DNA of 62,605 bases, the filler included, from Porpidia crustulata (lineage: Eukaryota), in NCBI GenBank assembly GCA_964255105.1. It is 7 parts of 7 records of this genome, joined end to end, with 100 filler letters (N's around TTAATTAATTAA, not from the genome) between each part and the next. Parts side by side here need not be neighbours in the genome. Positions count along the whole stretch, not along the records: positions 35,875 to 44,725 come from CAXUWE010001039.1; positions 44,826 to 53,666 come from CAXUWE010001040.1; 5 more parts are not named here. One strand, 5' to 3'. Within the stretch, counting starts at the first letter, position 1, and each line of letters opens with the position of its first letter. Of the stretch, positions 35,775 through 49,043 are shown piece after piece. The notes below the pieces were generated by a model. The model worked only from the letters and a program-made list of their open reading frames with translations, was not told the DNA's origin and did no database searches. Position numbers and translations under genes: made by a program.

Positions 35775-35874
35775 NNNNNNNNNNNNNNNNNNNNNNNNNN
35801 NNNNNNNNNNNNNNNNNNTTAATTAATTAANNNNNNNNNNNNNNNNNNNNNNNNNNNNNNNNNNNNNNNNNNNN
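35775..35874. other. Artificial contig linker
   Basis: N44-TTAATTAATTAA-N44. Confidence 0.98.
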
Positions 35875-36496
35875 AGATTGACGTTTGCTTGTGACTCAAC
35901 AATATTTGACGCGTACAGTACGAAAAACAGATGAAAATTGACTTTGTTTCGATAAAATTGGTGATTTTGCGACGAATTGCGGCCGGATTGCGCCCGATGC
36001 TTGGGCGACAACACTCTTTGCTTCACCACCTGCTCAATTTTTGGTCCTAATTGATAAATAAGGGCTTGATTTGCTCGGGTGAATGAGCTCTTTAATTTGA
36101 TGTGAGTTTTGTCTTATCATCTGCTTTGGTTCATGGTCGGTATCGCCGGCTCATCAGAAGAAAAAAATAGTTTATCTTGTTTTTTGCAAAAGTGTTTCGA
36201 TAGTCTAGCTGTGTGCCAATAACCCTAACCCTAGAGCCTAGTTTCAAGGAAAGATACTTTGAGACTAAAACGTTCCCATATAGTCTAAACTTACATTTTG
36301 AAAGCTTCTTATTGCCGAAACATATCAAGCAGTACCATGACATACGACAGTGGGCTGTTTTCCACCTGATAAATGTTGTTAACAGATCACTCACAAGATT
36401 GTTGAACCTATCAAATATATAGCATTTCTTGGAATTGTTGAAAGTTGAGTCACCAGCATTTCCGCATTGGAACTCCAACGCTATGAATGTATCAAC

Positions 36497-39400
36497 ATGT
36501 CATATCATACATTGGTTGGTGATTCGTGCTACACCGACCATAAAAATCAAAAGCTCTTGAATTGCATTAACGAGAAGAGCCATGTCAAAGTGAGCCAAAT
36601 TCGTGGGCAGTGGCTCTACTATGTCCACTCGACATCCGAGGGCGCTCTCGACAAAATTAAACATGAACTTCTCCAAGCGACCGATCGATCGAAAAGTCCT
36701 CCTTTGAGAAAGGGCGAGAAATGTGTCGGAATTTATATCACTCCTCGTACTATCTCGCCATGGAGCTCGAAAGCCACGAGTATTGCTCATGTTTGTGGAT
36801 TGAAAAATTATGTTCACCGCATCGAAAGGGGACGATCTATCGTTATTGAATTTGAAGACTCATTCAATAAAGAGCAAGTTCTCTCATTTGTTGACGTAGT
36901 CTACGATCGCATGACAGAGAATTTTAGTCTCGATTCGCCGGATCTGGACATATTGTTTGCTAAAGGAGCTCGAAAACCTCTTGAAGTCATCGAAATCTTT
37001 GCCGATAAACGGGGTGCACTCGCTGCTCTTCAGGTCTATAATCGTCAGATAGGCTTAGGTCTTAGTCAACCCGATATGGAGTACCTAGTGGCCGAATACG
37101 AAAAATTGGGTCGCTCTCCCGTATGTTGATTCATGGAATTCGTTACTTGAGCTTCCAACCAAATCCTAGTGCAAACCATTCTTCCTCCCTTAAGCTTTTT
37201 GTTTTTCATTGCTGTGAGAACCTTCCACAATGCTAACTCCTAATGTTGCAGAATGACGTTGAGCTCCTTATGTGGGCCCAGGTGAATTCAGAACACGTCA
37301 GTACAGTTTTGAATACCCGTGGAATACACAAGTACCCCTGAGCAGGAACCACTGATTTGTAATAGTGCAGACACCATATTTTCAACGCGGCGTGGACGAT
37401 CAACGGTGTACATATGGAGAAGAGCCTTTTCCACATGATCAAAAACACTCACAAGCAGACCCCAGATTTCACCGTCTCAGCTTACAGCGATAATGCAGCC
37501 GTGATTTCCGGGGAAATGGCGTACTACTGGGCACCAGACTACTCAACTGGAAGTTGGAAACTCTCTGAGGAGGTGGTCCAGTGTCTGATCAAGGTGGAGA
37601 CCCACAACCACCCAACAGCAATTTCGCCGTTCCCGGGAGCCGCTACGGGCTCAGGTGGTGAGATTAGAGACGAGGGTGCGGTTGGAAGGGGCTCATCGCC
37701 GAAAGCGGGCTTGGCAGGCTTCTGGGTTTCGGATCTTCTAATTCCAAGCAGGAAGAAATCCTGTCCGTGGGAGCTTGATATAGGGAAGCCTGCCCACTAT
37801 GCCAGCAGTCTTGACATCATGCTGGAAGCCCCCGTCGGATCCGCGCGTTTCAACAATGAATTTGGCCGTCCTGTCCTAACAGGAACTTTCAGGTCAGTAT
37901 CGAGAGTCCTTCGTCACCCATATTCAATCATTGGGACAGAATTGGGCTCCTGGAATGTAACCTCAATCTTCTATACTCTGGCTCTATTCTTTATACCACC
38001 CTGGTCTACTCCTGAAAGTCGCCATTTAGACTAAATGCTGACTCTTACGAAATAGAACCTTGCTCTCTAATACTGCCGGACCCGGTCAAACCCCTGAATG
38101 GAGAGGCTATCACAAGCCAATCATGGTAAGTTTTCTGAAGTGTTATACCTCTTAGTCCCAGGTGTATACGTCTCCTTTAGGATTTGTTTGCTAGGCGTGC
38201 TGCGCTTGAGATACAACTCTAAAGTCGATCTCAACGGGCTTGATCCCCCGTTCACTCCTTCATCTGGTTAAAGTAAATACCGACTCCTGATGGTTTGTAG
38301 GTCGCCGGCGGTATCGGAACCGTTAGGCCCCAACACGCCCTCAAAAATCCCGACTATGTTGTCGACGGGGCTCACGTTATTGTACTCGGAGGTCCAGCGA
38401 TGCTGGTTGGCCTGGGTGGTGGTACTGCTTCGTCAGCTGCAGGCTCAGAAGCTACGGTTGAGCTCGATTTCAACAGCGTGCAGCGGGGAAATCCAGAAAT
38501 GGAGCGCCGCGCCCAGATGGTGATAAATACCTGCGTCGCATTGGGAGAAGATAGTCCGATCGCATTTATACATGATGTTGGTGCCGGAGGCTTGTCTAAT
38601 GCCCTACCAGAACTGGTTAAAGACGCCGGTTTTGGGGGTGAATTCGAATTACGTGATGTGGAGAGTGCGGATGATAGCATGAGTCCCCTTCAGATCTGGT
38701 GTAACGAGGTCAGTAATCGGGATGATTCCGTTATTTCCCCGTCAGGTCTACTTAAAGAGCGTTTTGCTCTTGAAATACGGCTAGTCTCCTTTACACCTTT
38801 GTGCGCTTCGTCCACTCCCTGTCTGTGCTTCAATCGTGTCTAACCTGGTAATTAATTACTTACGAATAGGCTCAAGAAAGATATGTTCTGCTCGTGAACA
38901 AAGGCAAACTTCGCCGTTTTACCAACATTTGCCGCCGGGAAAGATGTGGGTTCTCTAGTGTGGGGAATGTCGTCAGTAAAGACAAAGACGGTTCCACAAG
39001 ATTAGTTTTGACAGATCGGGACTCCACCATTCAATCTTCCGTACCACCGATTAATCTGCCCATAGATATTATATTTCCTCGTGGGCAGAGAAGAGAGCGA
39101 AGTGTTGAAAGAGTCAAGAAGAATCTCTACGCTTTTGACGCATCATCAAGTCTGAAGGAGAAGTACGACACGCCCTACCTGGGTGATATGATAATCCAAG
39201 CTACCAGACTTGTCTTCTCCCTGCCTTCTGTGTATGTACTCCCAGAATTTCTCTCCTGATCTAAGCTGCACTGGGAGCAAAATGTGCCTGGTTAAGACGT
39301 TTCCACTCACCAAATCCCTGAAGTATAATTCATAGCTCTCGAGCATACACCCTGAAGACTTGAAGGTAAGAAATGCTGACTTTCTTTCGAAGGGGCTCCA

Positions 39401-41475
39401 AAATGTTCCTAATCACCATTGCCGATCGTGTATGTAGCTTTCACACTCTGATGACGGGAGCGATATGCTGAATCTATATGTAGACCGTCGGCGGCTTGAC
39501 CGTACAAGACCAGCTCGTTGGCCCCTGGCAGACGCCTCTGGCAGATGTAGCCGTTACGTTGACATCTTTCAGTCTTAACGAAAAGCGTCGTAGTGGAGAG
39601 GCCATGGCGATGGGAGAAAAACCCTTGCTCGCACTAATCTCGTCAGCTGCGTCAGCGCGCATGGCAGTCGTGGAAAGTCTCATGAATTTGGGCGCTGCCG
39701 ATATCAAGAGCGAAGGTAATTTGAAGCGTGTGAAGCTGTCCGCGAACTGGATGGCCGCCGTCAACCACCCGGGAGAGGGCGCCGAGCTCTTCGATGCTGT
39801 TCAGGCGATAGGAATGGAGCTTTGTCCTCAGTTAGGTGTGGCCATCCCAGTCGGTAAAGATTCAACGTCTATGAAGGCTTCCTGGAAGGACAAAGATACA
39901 GGAGAGTCGAAGAGTGTTATAGCTCCCATGTCAGTGGTAATTTCTGCGTTCTCACTCGTTGAGGATGTGCGCAATACTTGGACACCACAGCTTCGACGTG
40001 TTGAACAAGTGGGTGACACGATTCTGTTATTCGTGGACCTCGCACAAGGACACAAGGCTATGGGAGGATCAGCGCTAGCCCAATGCCTTGGACAAGTTGG
40101 AAACGAAGCACCAGACGTCCGTGACTCCCAGCTCATCAAGCATTATTTCGATGCCCTTTGGCAATTACATCAAGAGGGCATCGTTCTTGCATACCATGAC
40201 CGATCAGATGGCGGCTTGCTTACGACCATTGCAGAAATGATGTTTGCCGGACGCTGTGGAGCCGACATTGTAGTTGATGATTTTGCCAAATCTGAGTCTG
40301 ACGTGGTTGAAGCGCTTTTCAACGAAGAACTTGGTGCCGTGTTTCAAGTCCGAAAGGAAGATGAGATGAAATTTACGAGATGCTTTGCTACCTGCGGGCC
40401 CCCACACGGTCTAATAAAACCAGTCGGATACATTCGCTCTACATTACAACAGTCACTGATAATTCGATATAAATCAAAAACACTCGTTGACATGAGCAGA
40501 GGTGAGATGCAGCAGTGGTGGTCAACCACTTCCTTCGAGATGCAGAAACTCCGAGATAATGCAGCTTGCGCAGAATCAGAATTCAATGCTCTTCTGGATT
40601 CAAAGGATCCTGGCATCTCCTACAAATTCAATTTTAACCCTGCTGATATCAGTCTTCCCATATTGACCAGCCTCAAAGCGCTTGTCACTAGGCCGCAGGT
40701 TGCGATCCTGAGAGAGCAAGGCGTGAACGGTCACGCAGAAATGGCATTTGCCTTCCGAGCAGCTGGCTTTGATGCTATCGACGTTCATATGTCGGATATC
40801 CTCGACGGCTTCTCCCTAGAGGGGTTCCGTGGTCTCGCTGCTTGTGGAGGCTTCTCCTATGGTGACGTGCTTGGCGCGGGCCAGGGTTGGGCGAAGTCCA
40901 TCCTTATGCATGATGCTGCTCGGAAGTCCTTTGAAGCCTTTTTCAAGCGACCAAATACTTTCAGCTTTGGCGTTTGCAATGGATGTCAAATGCTGACCAG
41001 ACTCAAGGAGTTAATCCCAGGGGCGCAACATTGGCCTACTTTTGTAGAGAATACAAGTCAGCAGTTTGAAGCCAGGTATTCAATGGTGACTATCCAGGAT
41101 CAGAAGCCTTCCGTCTTTTTCGATGGAATGGGTGGTTCATCATTGCCTATTGTTGTGTCCCATGGTGAAGGTAAAGCTAGATTCTCCTCACCGGCTGATC
41201 TGCATTCTCTCAATGATAGTGGGCTGATCCCAGTCCGATACATTGACAACTATGGATCTGTCACCGAGCAGTACCCTTTTAATCCAAACGGCAGCCCCCA
41301 GGGTACTGCTGGTGTGAAGAGTCGCGATGGCCGAGTAGTCGCAATGATGCCACATCCTGAGCGAACTATTATGGCAGATGTAGCCAGCTGGGCACCCAAG
41401 GAGAGGTTGGACAAATCGGGGCAATTTGGGCCGTGGTTCAGGCTCTTTCTGAATGCGCGCCAATGGGTAGGATAG
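36497..41475 (+). CDS. ADE6: Phosphoribosylformylglycinamidine synthase (large PurL)
   Basis: [54 protein letters not shown], and a glutaminase domain GVCNGCQ and MMPHPER. Eight exons, seven GT-AG introns. Confidence 0.97.
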
Positions 41476-43454
41476 GGAGGATGTAGATGATTTGACTGGA
41501 CAGGTTCCCAGGCGTTAACAGGCTCGGTCCCTCTGAGTTTAAATATATGGCAACCCGATTAGACGCTGAAGGGCATAGACGAAGGCTCCATTACTGCAAA
41601 CTGTGAAAGTTCGTGCCTGGCCTACTTTTCGTCACCGAATCTGGAGAAGAACCTGGTATTACGCTCTAGCTTGAATGAGGATGGGGCGTTGGATCCGTAC
41701 AGTTCCTGGGTCATGATTGCTCCCACGATCTGGATCTAGAAGTGATGTGTGTGTAGCATAAGGCTCCCCTACGTCTGGAAATTGAACGTAAGCGTTTGGA
41801 TTTCGGGCGAGACGACCGAAAGCTGGCTCTAATACACAACGCGGCTCCTATCATCCAGAAATCGCCAGCGCAATCAAATTATTTCTACCCAGTCTCTTGT
41901 ATTTGAGAAGGTTGGTGACAAAAGTAACGACTATCAAAGTAGCTGTCGATGGAACGCTTGTTCCCCGTTGTTCCTGATACTGTTCTTCGTTCCCTAAGAG
42001 TTAATAGAAAAGGTCTCACGTATCAAGCTCCTAAGACTCAAGATGTATCTTGTAATGGTCACTCGAAGGAAAGAATGAACCACGGGTGGTTGGGATTTTT
42101 TGCAGCCTGCCTTGATTTGATTGAATGCAAGAAACGCAGTAGATGTGTATTCCAATTCCAGACAACCACAGTAACCGAACGTCGGCAGTGACTCAAATAC
42201 ACGAGAAATTGATTATGAAATGATGCCGTCCTGCCGCCAAGGGCTTTGATAATGACACGAATGGTAAACCTCTGGTACCTCGGTGGCATCCTACAGAATC
42301 CATCTGAAACAAGATTGTAGATGTAACGAGGTGCCCCTTGGCATGGAAGAATTTACAATATTTGAAGCTCGGTCGCATATAGACCTGGACTTTTCCGTAA
42401 TGATGTTGTCACACAAGGTGGCTTTATAGATACACTGCAAACGCATGTGTTGATCCTTGGTGGCCTTAAAATATGATGAAGCGACTCGCTGATCACGTTG
42501 CCATTTCTTACAATGGGCATTTAGCATATCGGCCGCAGCACAAGTATCGAGTGCTGCGAAGCATACTGGAGTCATAGTTTCAATGCTTATAGCCCACCAT
42601 CGAGGTGTGCTATGGATCTAAGGTTCGGGCTGAGGTAAATCAACAAATTCGGAGCAAGAATGACGAGACAAATGTGAAGGAAGAAAGATTGGCCATGGGT
42701 GCAAACAAAAATAAGCAACAGCGGCTAAATTTGGCGCATGCAGCAAAATCTCGTGATGAGATTGCCTCGACGAGAATTTCATGCGCAACAAGAGAGGGGA
42801 TACTAAGAAAAGAAACAAATCGCAATAAACTAGACTGTAGAACACGTGAAGGGTGTCAAACTCAAGAAGCTGGCGGACTACAGTAATAGAGAGGCCTACC
42901 ACAGTCAATGCTATCCCAAAATGTACAGCGCAACGAAGATAGAAAGCAAGCACGAACTATTGAAAATTCGTAGGACGCTTGAACAGAAATTTTGGAAGTC
43001 ATAAATCCAATTTACCAAAGATTATAGCTCGCTCATCCCACAGGGGATTGACTACAAAGCACTGCCGTAATCTCAGGCTTGTAAGTCACTCCACCAAAGA
43101 CTTGATTTCTTTTATAGTTATATATGTACTGAGTGCCGCGTTGACCTCTCTTGTATCTGTGCTCCGAGGAATCTGAATAAGAAGATGAGTCTCGAGCAGG
43201 TATCGCTGTATTCGAAATTCTGATCCCGATTTCAGGATATAGCGAATCCGAGCGGAAACAAGAACGCACTTATTGAATTTGCTCTGCACAGCTTCTCGTA
43301 ACTCAGAGTCCTGTTTGTCTCTATACTCTAAAACGATATAAATAATGATCTATTTGTGCGCATAGAATAAACACGCGTTTACAGATTATAGATCGTAAAT
43401 TTTATTATATTGTAAACGAACGAAGTACCCGACGTGCCGACTCCCGAAGGAATA

Positions 43455-43590
43455 GTCGTATCCACCCCTCGTTCGATTACACCCCCAGTTCGAACGTCAA
43501 ACCTAGGGTTAGGGCTGTAAACCATTCGGGCACTAACCCTAAGTGCGATGTTCGAACTAGGGGTGTAATCGAACGAGGGGTGGAGACGAG
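43455..43590. mobile_element. 136-bp MITE-like fold-back element flanked by TA
   Basis: Arms 43455-43498 and 43547-43590 are inverted repeats with 40 of 44 matches, and pairing continues through TAGGGTTAG/CTAACCCTA. TA dinucleotides lie at 43453 and 43591. Confidence 0.8.
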
Positions 43591-43854
43591 TATAATGCCA
43601 GCTCGGGTGCGGCGGCTAGCGCTCGGCTCGGCTTACCGTGGCTGAAATGCGGGTTTGCCCAACCGGAAGTGAATACTAGGCTTCGGCTTCCATCATCCAT
43701 ATTTAATCACTACTTCTGGTTTACTGTAACCATAAATGTCGCTCCCACTATTGTCAATCCTGTTGGAAAAAATGCGAACGCACCTGTTCCTTGCTGATCC
43801 ACTATATGTTGACTTCCGGCAAATCCGTATCCCATACCACTGCCGTATCGCACT

Positions 43855-44386
43855 ATGGCTCAACCAGACGCAGTACAGATTGCATCACATTTGCGTGCGG
43901 CTGCAGACCAAATAGGACTGTTCGTCAACTTGCCCGCAGTTTCCGAAGCGCCGATTTTGCAGAGAATACTTGATGGGATCGAGGGCCTACGTAATGATAT
44001 ACTAGGATGGCTCGCCTTGATTCAAAGATCGCGGTGGAGTAAGCTCATTCTTGAATTTGAAATCTTGGAAGCTCATACTCATATGCACAGCGCTTGTAAA
44101 AAATAAGCACGTCTTTACAACTCGTTAAGCAGCCGCTCTCAACGGCCTATAGAGATTACAAAGACCACAGTAGAAACCCTACCAGCCAGCTTCTCAATCA
44201 ACCCAGTTCAGCGTGCGGTCATGCAATGTACAAGTCTTCCACGAACATAAGCAGTAGATCATGCTAACAAGCCTTTAGCTGCTCAATCCTCACTTTACTT
44301 CGTGCTTACAACCTACCAGAACCGGCACTGGGGACGAGAGAAAGTACAGATTCAGACGATTTATTGGGATATTAAGAGAGATTTAG
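43855..44386 (+). pseudogene. Small coiled-coil protein pseudogene resembling Mug135-like C-terminal family
   Basis: MAQPDAVQIASHLRAAADQIGLFVNLPAV, then ARLYNS and LLRAYNLP...RFRRFIGI across two introns. The model needs a frameshift near 43998 and has a TAA at 44104. Confidence 0.45.
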
Positions 44387-44725
44387 CAGAACACATGAAG
44401 TATGGATGTACAGAGAAGAGGTTTACAGGGAGAGATATCTAGCTGCAGTAGTACACGAAATCATGGGCTTCAAAACGGATCCCAGAACACCGGGAATGGA
44501 ATTTTGTTGGAACAAAATGCGACCGCACCTGTTCTTTGCCAGAGGTAATCCACTGTCTATATTAATTCCAACAAATTTTTACTGCAAAACGACCAGATCT
44601 TATTGCGCAAAATTGTGTGATAAAAGATAAAGCAGTCAAAATATTTCGTAGACCTCATGTTTCAATCGGTAGTGTTACGATCAGACCTTCCCCAACATCC
44701 CCAGCAGCACACCGGATCAAGGTGG

Positions 44726-44825
44726 NNNNNNNNNNNNNNNNNNNNNNNNNNNNNNNNNNNNNNNNNNNNTTAATTAATTAANNNNNNNNNNNNNNNNNNN
44801 NNNNNNNNNNNNNNNNNNNNNNNNN
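44726..44825. other. Artificial contig linker
   Basis: N44-TTAATTAATTAA-N44. Confidence 0.98.
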
Positions 44826-46026
44826 TCATTCCCCTCCCCAAATACCATAATCCGGGTTTCTTTCCTATGATATCTAAAGTTACTCATTACATATCTAGCA
44901 CCCTCAGCCCAAACATCAAATACCCCAGATCCTCGGAGTTCTGCAAATTCTACGCTCAGAAAATACCCATTCTTTCCGTATTCATCATCCCTTTGTTTGA
45001 CCTTGTATGTAGGGTCGAGGACAGGATACATGATTGGAGGTTTAATGGCTTTTTACTAGACACCCGATAATATCAGGATGGGTGGGGGGTTCTCACAGGG
45101 AAAAGGAGAACCCTTTGTGGTTGGGATGGATGGGCTTTGTGAGTACGTGTTTCCGTAATCGATATTCTATGAGTGCTCAGCTGTTTCAATCAAGGGCGTA
45201 TCACGATCCTCGAGCTCGTTGCCACACAGATTGAGACCCTCGTTTTATCAAACTTGAAAAGAGTGTTTTATGTTCATACTTCTGGAATACAAAGCCAACC
45301 TCCCACCGCCGTTGCCGTTTGCACGCTCTTCCCCGACAGATCCCCTTCCACCTGAATCCACCATCGATGACAAAGTTGACAAAGGAAAATGTTGCAGATG
45401 TGCGGTGGATTCTGCCGTGTCTCTTACGGTACATTAATGTTTTCTTCTTCACTTTCTGTGCACTGCTTCATCTGTGCTATAGCGTCTTTTCGGCCATGCT
45501 TATCGATGTTGGTCGAATACTGGGAACCACCCCTCGCCCGACCATGCGTTTCTGACAAAGGAAATGGTGCAGATGTGCAGTGGATGCCGTGTCTCTCTGC
45601 GGCGCATCAGTTTCCTCGTCTGCCCTCTAAGCGTCGCGTCATTCGTGTCATCCGTCCTTCCCCCCGTTCCTAGCATCGTTGATTGATGAATGGAAATCAT
45701 CCCCCCACGCACGTTTCGTTGTAAACAAAGGAAAGATGCAGAAATGCGGTGAGGGTGGAGTGCCAAAATCGAAAAACATATCTAATAGTACATTTGGAGG
45801 TGATCATCAGGCAATGTTTCTGAAAACGTAGGAAATGCAACGACAGAACTAAAAATACAACGCGTGTTGATTGATGCGAATAGAGAATAGGTTGCACGCA
45901 GAGCATTGAAGGGTATGGTCACAACAGAACGCCGTCCAGTCATGACATCCCGAAGCGCGTAATGGCCTCCAACAAAACCAAGGCCAAATGACGTATCCTC
46001 CATGAAGCCATATAGTCCTAAAAGTT

Positions 46027-47667
46027 TCAAGATCGAACTCCATTCGCGCCGTTTCCACCCAGAACGTTAAGTTTCAAGATTCGTCGTAAGTCATCCTCCA
46101 TTGAGCTCGTCGAATTAGAACTTTGAATAGGGGTATCATCCATGCCATGAAATATTTTATTTGAAGAAGAAAAGTCAGGAAGAAAAGATGAACTTCTAAT
46201 GGTGCCGGTATTCTGAGAAATGTGAGAGCCTGAGGAAAGATGTTGTTTAGAGCCTTGGACTCCGGTAGGCGTGGCCGGGAACTCCGGAATATTTTTTCGC
46301 ATGGGCGAAATGGGTAGAGTGACTTCCTTGCGAAGACTCGAGGAGTCGTAGCGTGGAAGAGGCGAATTGGTGCTCTTTTCCTTTGCCTTCATCAGGTTCT
46401 GTAGCAGAGGCAAGCTTTCTGTTTGTTTGAGACTTCGATAGGAAGAAGTTGAATCATGGCTAGGGGTTGGTGTAGGTGACCCAGATAGACTCCGACCCGC
46501 AGGAGGCCGGCCGTATGGAAGTTGCTCACGAATTGATGTGATGTTCTGTTCACGACTTACCTCTGACCATGAGGAAGTAGCCGCCGGATGCTGGAGCTGC
46601 GGCGACATGAGCAACTTCTTTAATAGTAAGGTCTTAGCCTTGCGCTCTTCTTCTTCGCTGTCGCCTTGTTTGTTAGAGTTTGGCGGCGCTGAACTGGGCC
46701 GGAGTGAGCTATTAAAGAAGCCGGGCGAATTCTCTGAGGTTTTCTGAACATGTGACTTCTTATTTTGGGTTCCATCGTCCATGTCCAAAGGGAAAAGCTC
46801 GCCAACGGAGCTGCCCGTTGCATGGCGCGAATGGTGCCGCATGTCTTTGTCCATAGATAATCTAAAGCCGGAGGACGTATTCAGTGTTGACGGGAGTTGC
46901 ATGTTATTAATCAGGCCGTTGGGAGTACCAGGGGGAATCTTCGGTTGTTGTTTCTCCTTCTCCCTTCTATCGGCTTTGAAGAAGATGTCCAGGGGAGATT
47001 CTTCTCTTACTTGGTTCTCACCGAGGCGCTGTGCCTTTTCGAGCGTCGGAGATTCCTCATTCTCATTATATGGGGATTCTGGAGACGAGTCCAATACTTC
47101 CTTTCCCATTATTGACGACAAGCTGGCACCCTTTTCGGCTGCCGGGACTGATTTGGAGAAGAATTTTGGCATGGGTAGTGACGAGGCTGCTGGTGATGCA
47201 TGGAAGGTAGGCCCAGCATATGCTTGTAATGGAGTACCGTTTGTTCGTCCTGGAGTCAGAGACTGTGGTCGTGCAGTCGGTTTTGGTGTACTAAGACCTG
47301 GTATTGGAGACGCTGAATCGGTCTGTTGTTGCCCTTGTATTTTCTCCAGCTTCCTTCTCCTTTGGCCCTTAGGCTCCGTAGCAGAGAGGTCCTCACCTTG
47401 AGGTATACCGCGCGAAATTCTGGGACGCGGAGGAGTGATGGGCGTACCGACTGAATCCATTGTACTTTGAGTTAATTGCGTAATGTCCGCAGAGCTTCGG
47501 CGAAGGATGACTGTTGGTTTTGTTGGGGTGATCGTAGACTTGGGCGGTATCGGGAGTATTGCGCCCTCCCTTTTGTTAGAAGAGACGGGTTTGACGGTTG
47601 ACTTATGACGGCGAGGGTTAGACTTCTGCCTTCGAATCTTGTGCTGTTCACCCTCTGTTGGAGACAT
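46027..47667 (-). CDS. Disordered Pro/Ser-rich protein with PNRC/Edc1-type motif
   Basis: 546-aa ORF containing AYAGPTFHASPAASSLPMP, SPLDIFFKADR and a C-terminal MEDDLRRILKL. Confidence 0.8.
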   Translation of the reverse strand: MSPTEGEQHKIRRQKSNPRRHKSTVKPVSSNKREGAILPIPPKSTITPTKPTVILRRSSADITQLTQSTMDSVGTPITPPRPRISRGIPQGEDLSATEPKGQRRRKLEKIQGQQQTDSASPIPGLSTPKPTARPQSLTPGRTNGTPLQAYAGPTFHASPAASSLPMPKFFSKSVPAAEKGASLSSIMGKEVLDSSPESPYNENEESPTLEKAQRLGENQVREESPLDIFFKADRREKEKQQPKIPPGTPNGLINNMQLPSTLNTSSGFRLSMDKDMRHHSRHATGSSVGELFPLDMDDGTQNKKSHVQKTSENSPGFFNSSLRPSSAPPNSNKQGDSEEEERKAKTLLLKKLLMSPQLQHPAATSSWSEVSREQNITSIREQLPYGRPPAGRSLSGSPTPTPSHDSTSSYRSLKQTESLPLLQNLMKAKEKSTNSPLPRYDSSSLRKEVTLPISPMRKNIPEFPATPTGVQGSKQHLSSGSHISQNTGTIRSSSFLPDFSSSNKIFHGMDDTPIQSSNSTSSMEDDLRRILKLNVLGGNGANGVRS

Positions 47668-48505
47668 TTTTGCTGATTGCGACTTGAAAAATAAACAGCC
47701 GTATCAACAGGTGCGAGGTTGGAAGGTATTCTCGATGAGATCAGTAGCAAAAGAAAATAACCGGTCTCCAAGGAGGCCAGTCTATGCACGCGGGAATGAG
47801 AAGACGAATCTAAGGTGGATAGCGAAATGCGTAGATGAAGCAGATGTACTCGAATTACGAGCAACAAGAGGAGGTGCTTTGTTCAGGGTTGCCCCACTTG
47901 AGAAGCTTTCAATGGTATTGGAGTGTCGTTCATGGTATTGAGCTTGTTATGTTGAGGTAAAGATTTGATTGATGGGTAAGTTGTCTTGCTGTGCGACGCA
48001 TGAAGGATATGGGAAGAGTACTGGCTTTTTATTGAAGAGTAAGTCAATTGATGCGTGAGACGAGGGTTCACGAGGCACAAGGCAGAAGGTATATTTATAT
48101 CCGAGCTAGACCTGATTAGATAGATATGATAGGCTGCCAGAGACCCTCCAGATGTGAAAGATTTCTTTCCGCGATAAATCTCAGTCGATGCTATCACAAG
48201 GTCAGTGACTTCGCCTATCTACCAGAGATTATCATATTCATAGAATCCTGATTCGATTTATTGCGATTAACCATTCCCTCCTACCACTCAGACGAAGTGT
48301 TACGACACACTATTCCCTCGCTCGGCTTTCCATAGTGAATCCAGCACAGCTCAAAATACCTAGGACCGTTCCTTTCGAGATCAAAAGACTTGTTTTCTGA
48401 TGGGATCTATTCTACCAAGCGACTAGTATTCGATCCTTGAAATTATTGCCGCCTAAGATCGACCGTTGCCCTCCTCGTACCACGTGCCTGACAAAGTCGT
48501 TCAGC

Positions 48506-49043
<538 letters not shown>

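Noticed and set aside
36220..36234. TAACCC repeats as a telomere
   Set aside because: Only about two units and internal to a contig, so not a chromosome end.
41900..43400. Cluster of short ORFs downstream of ADE6
   Set aside because: Could be a decayed gene or element, but no family signal was recognisable.
44826..45031. Minus-strand ORF running into the linker
   Set aside because: Too short and truncated to assign.
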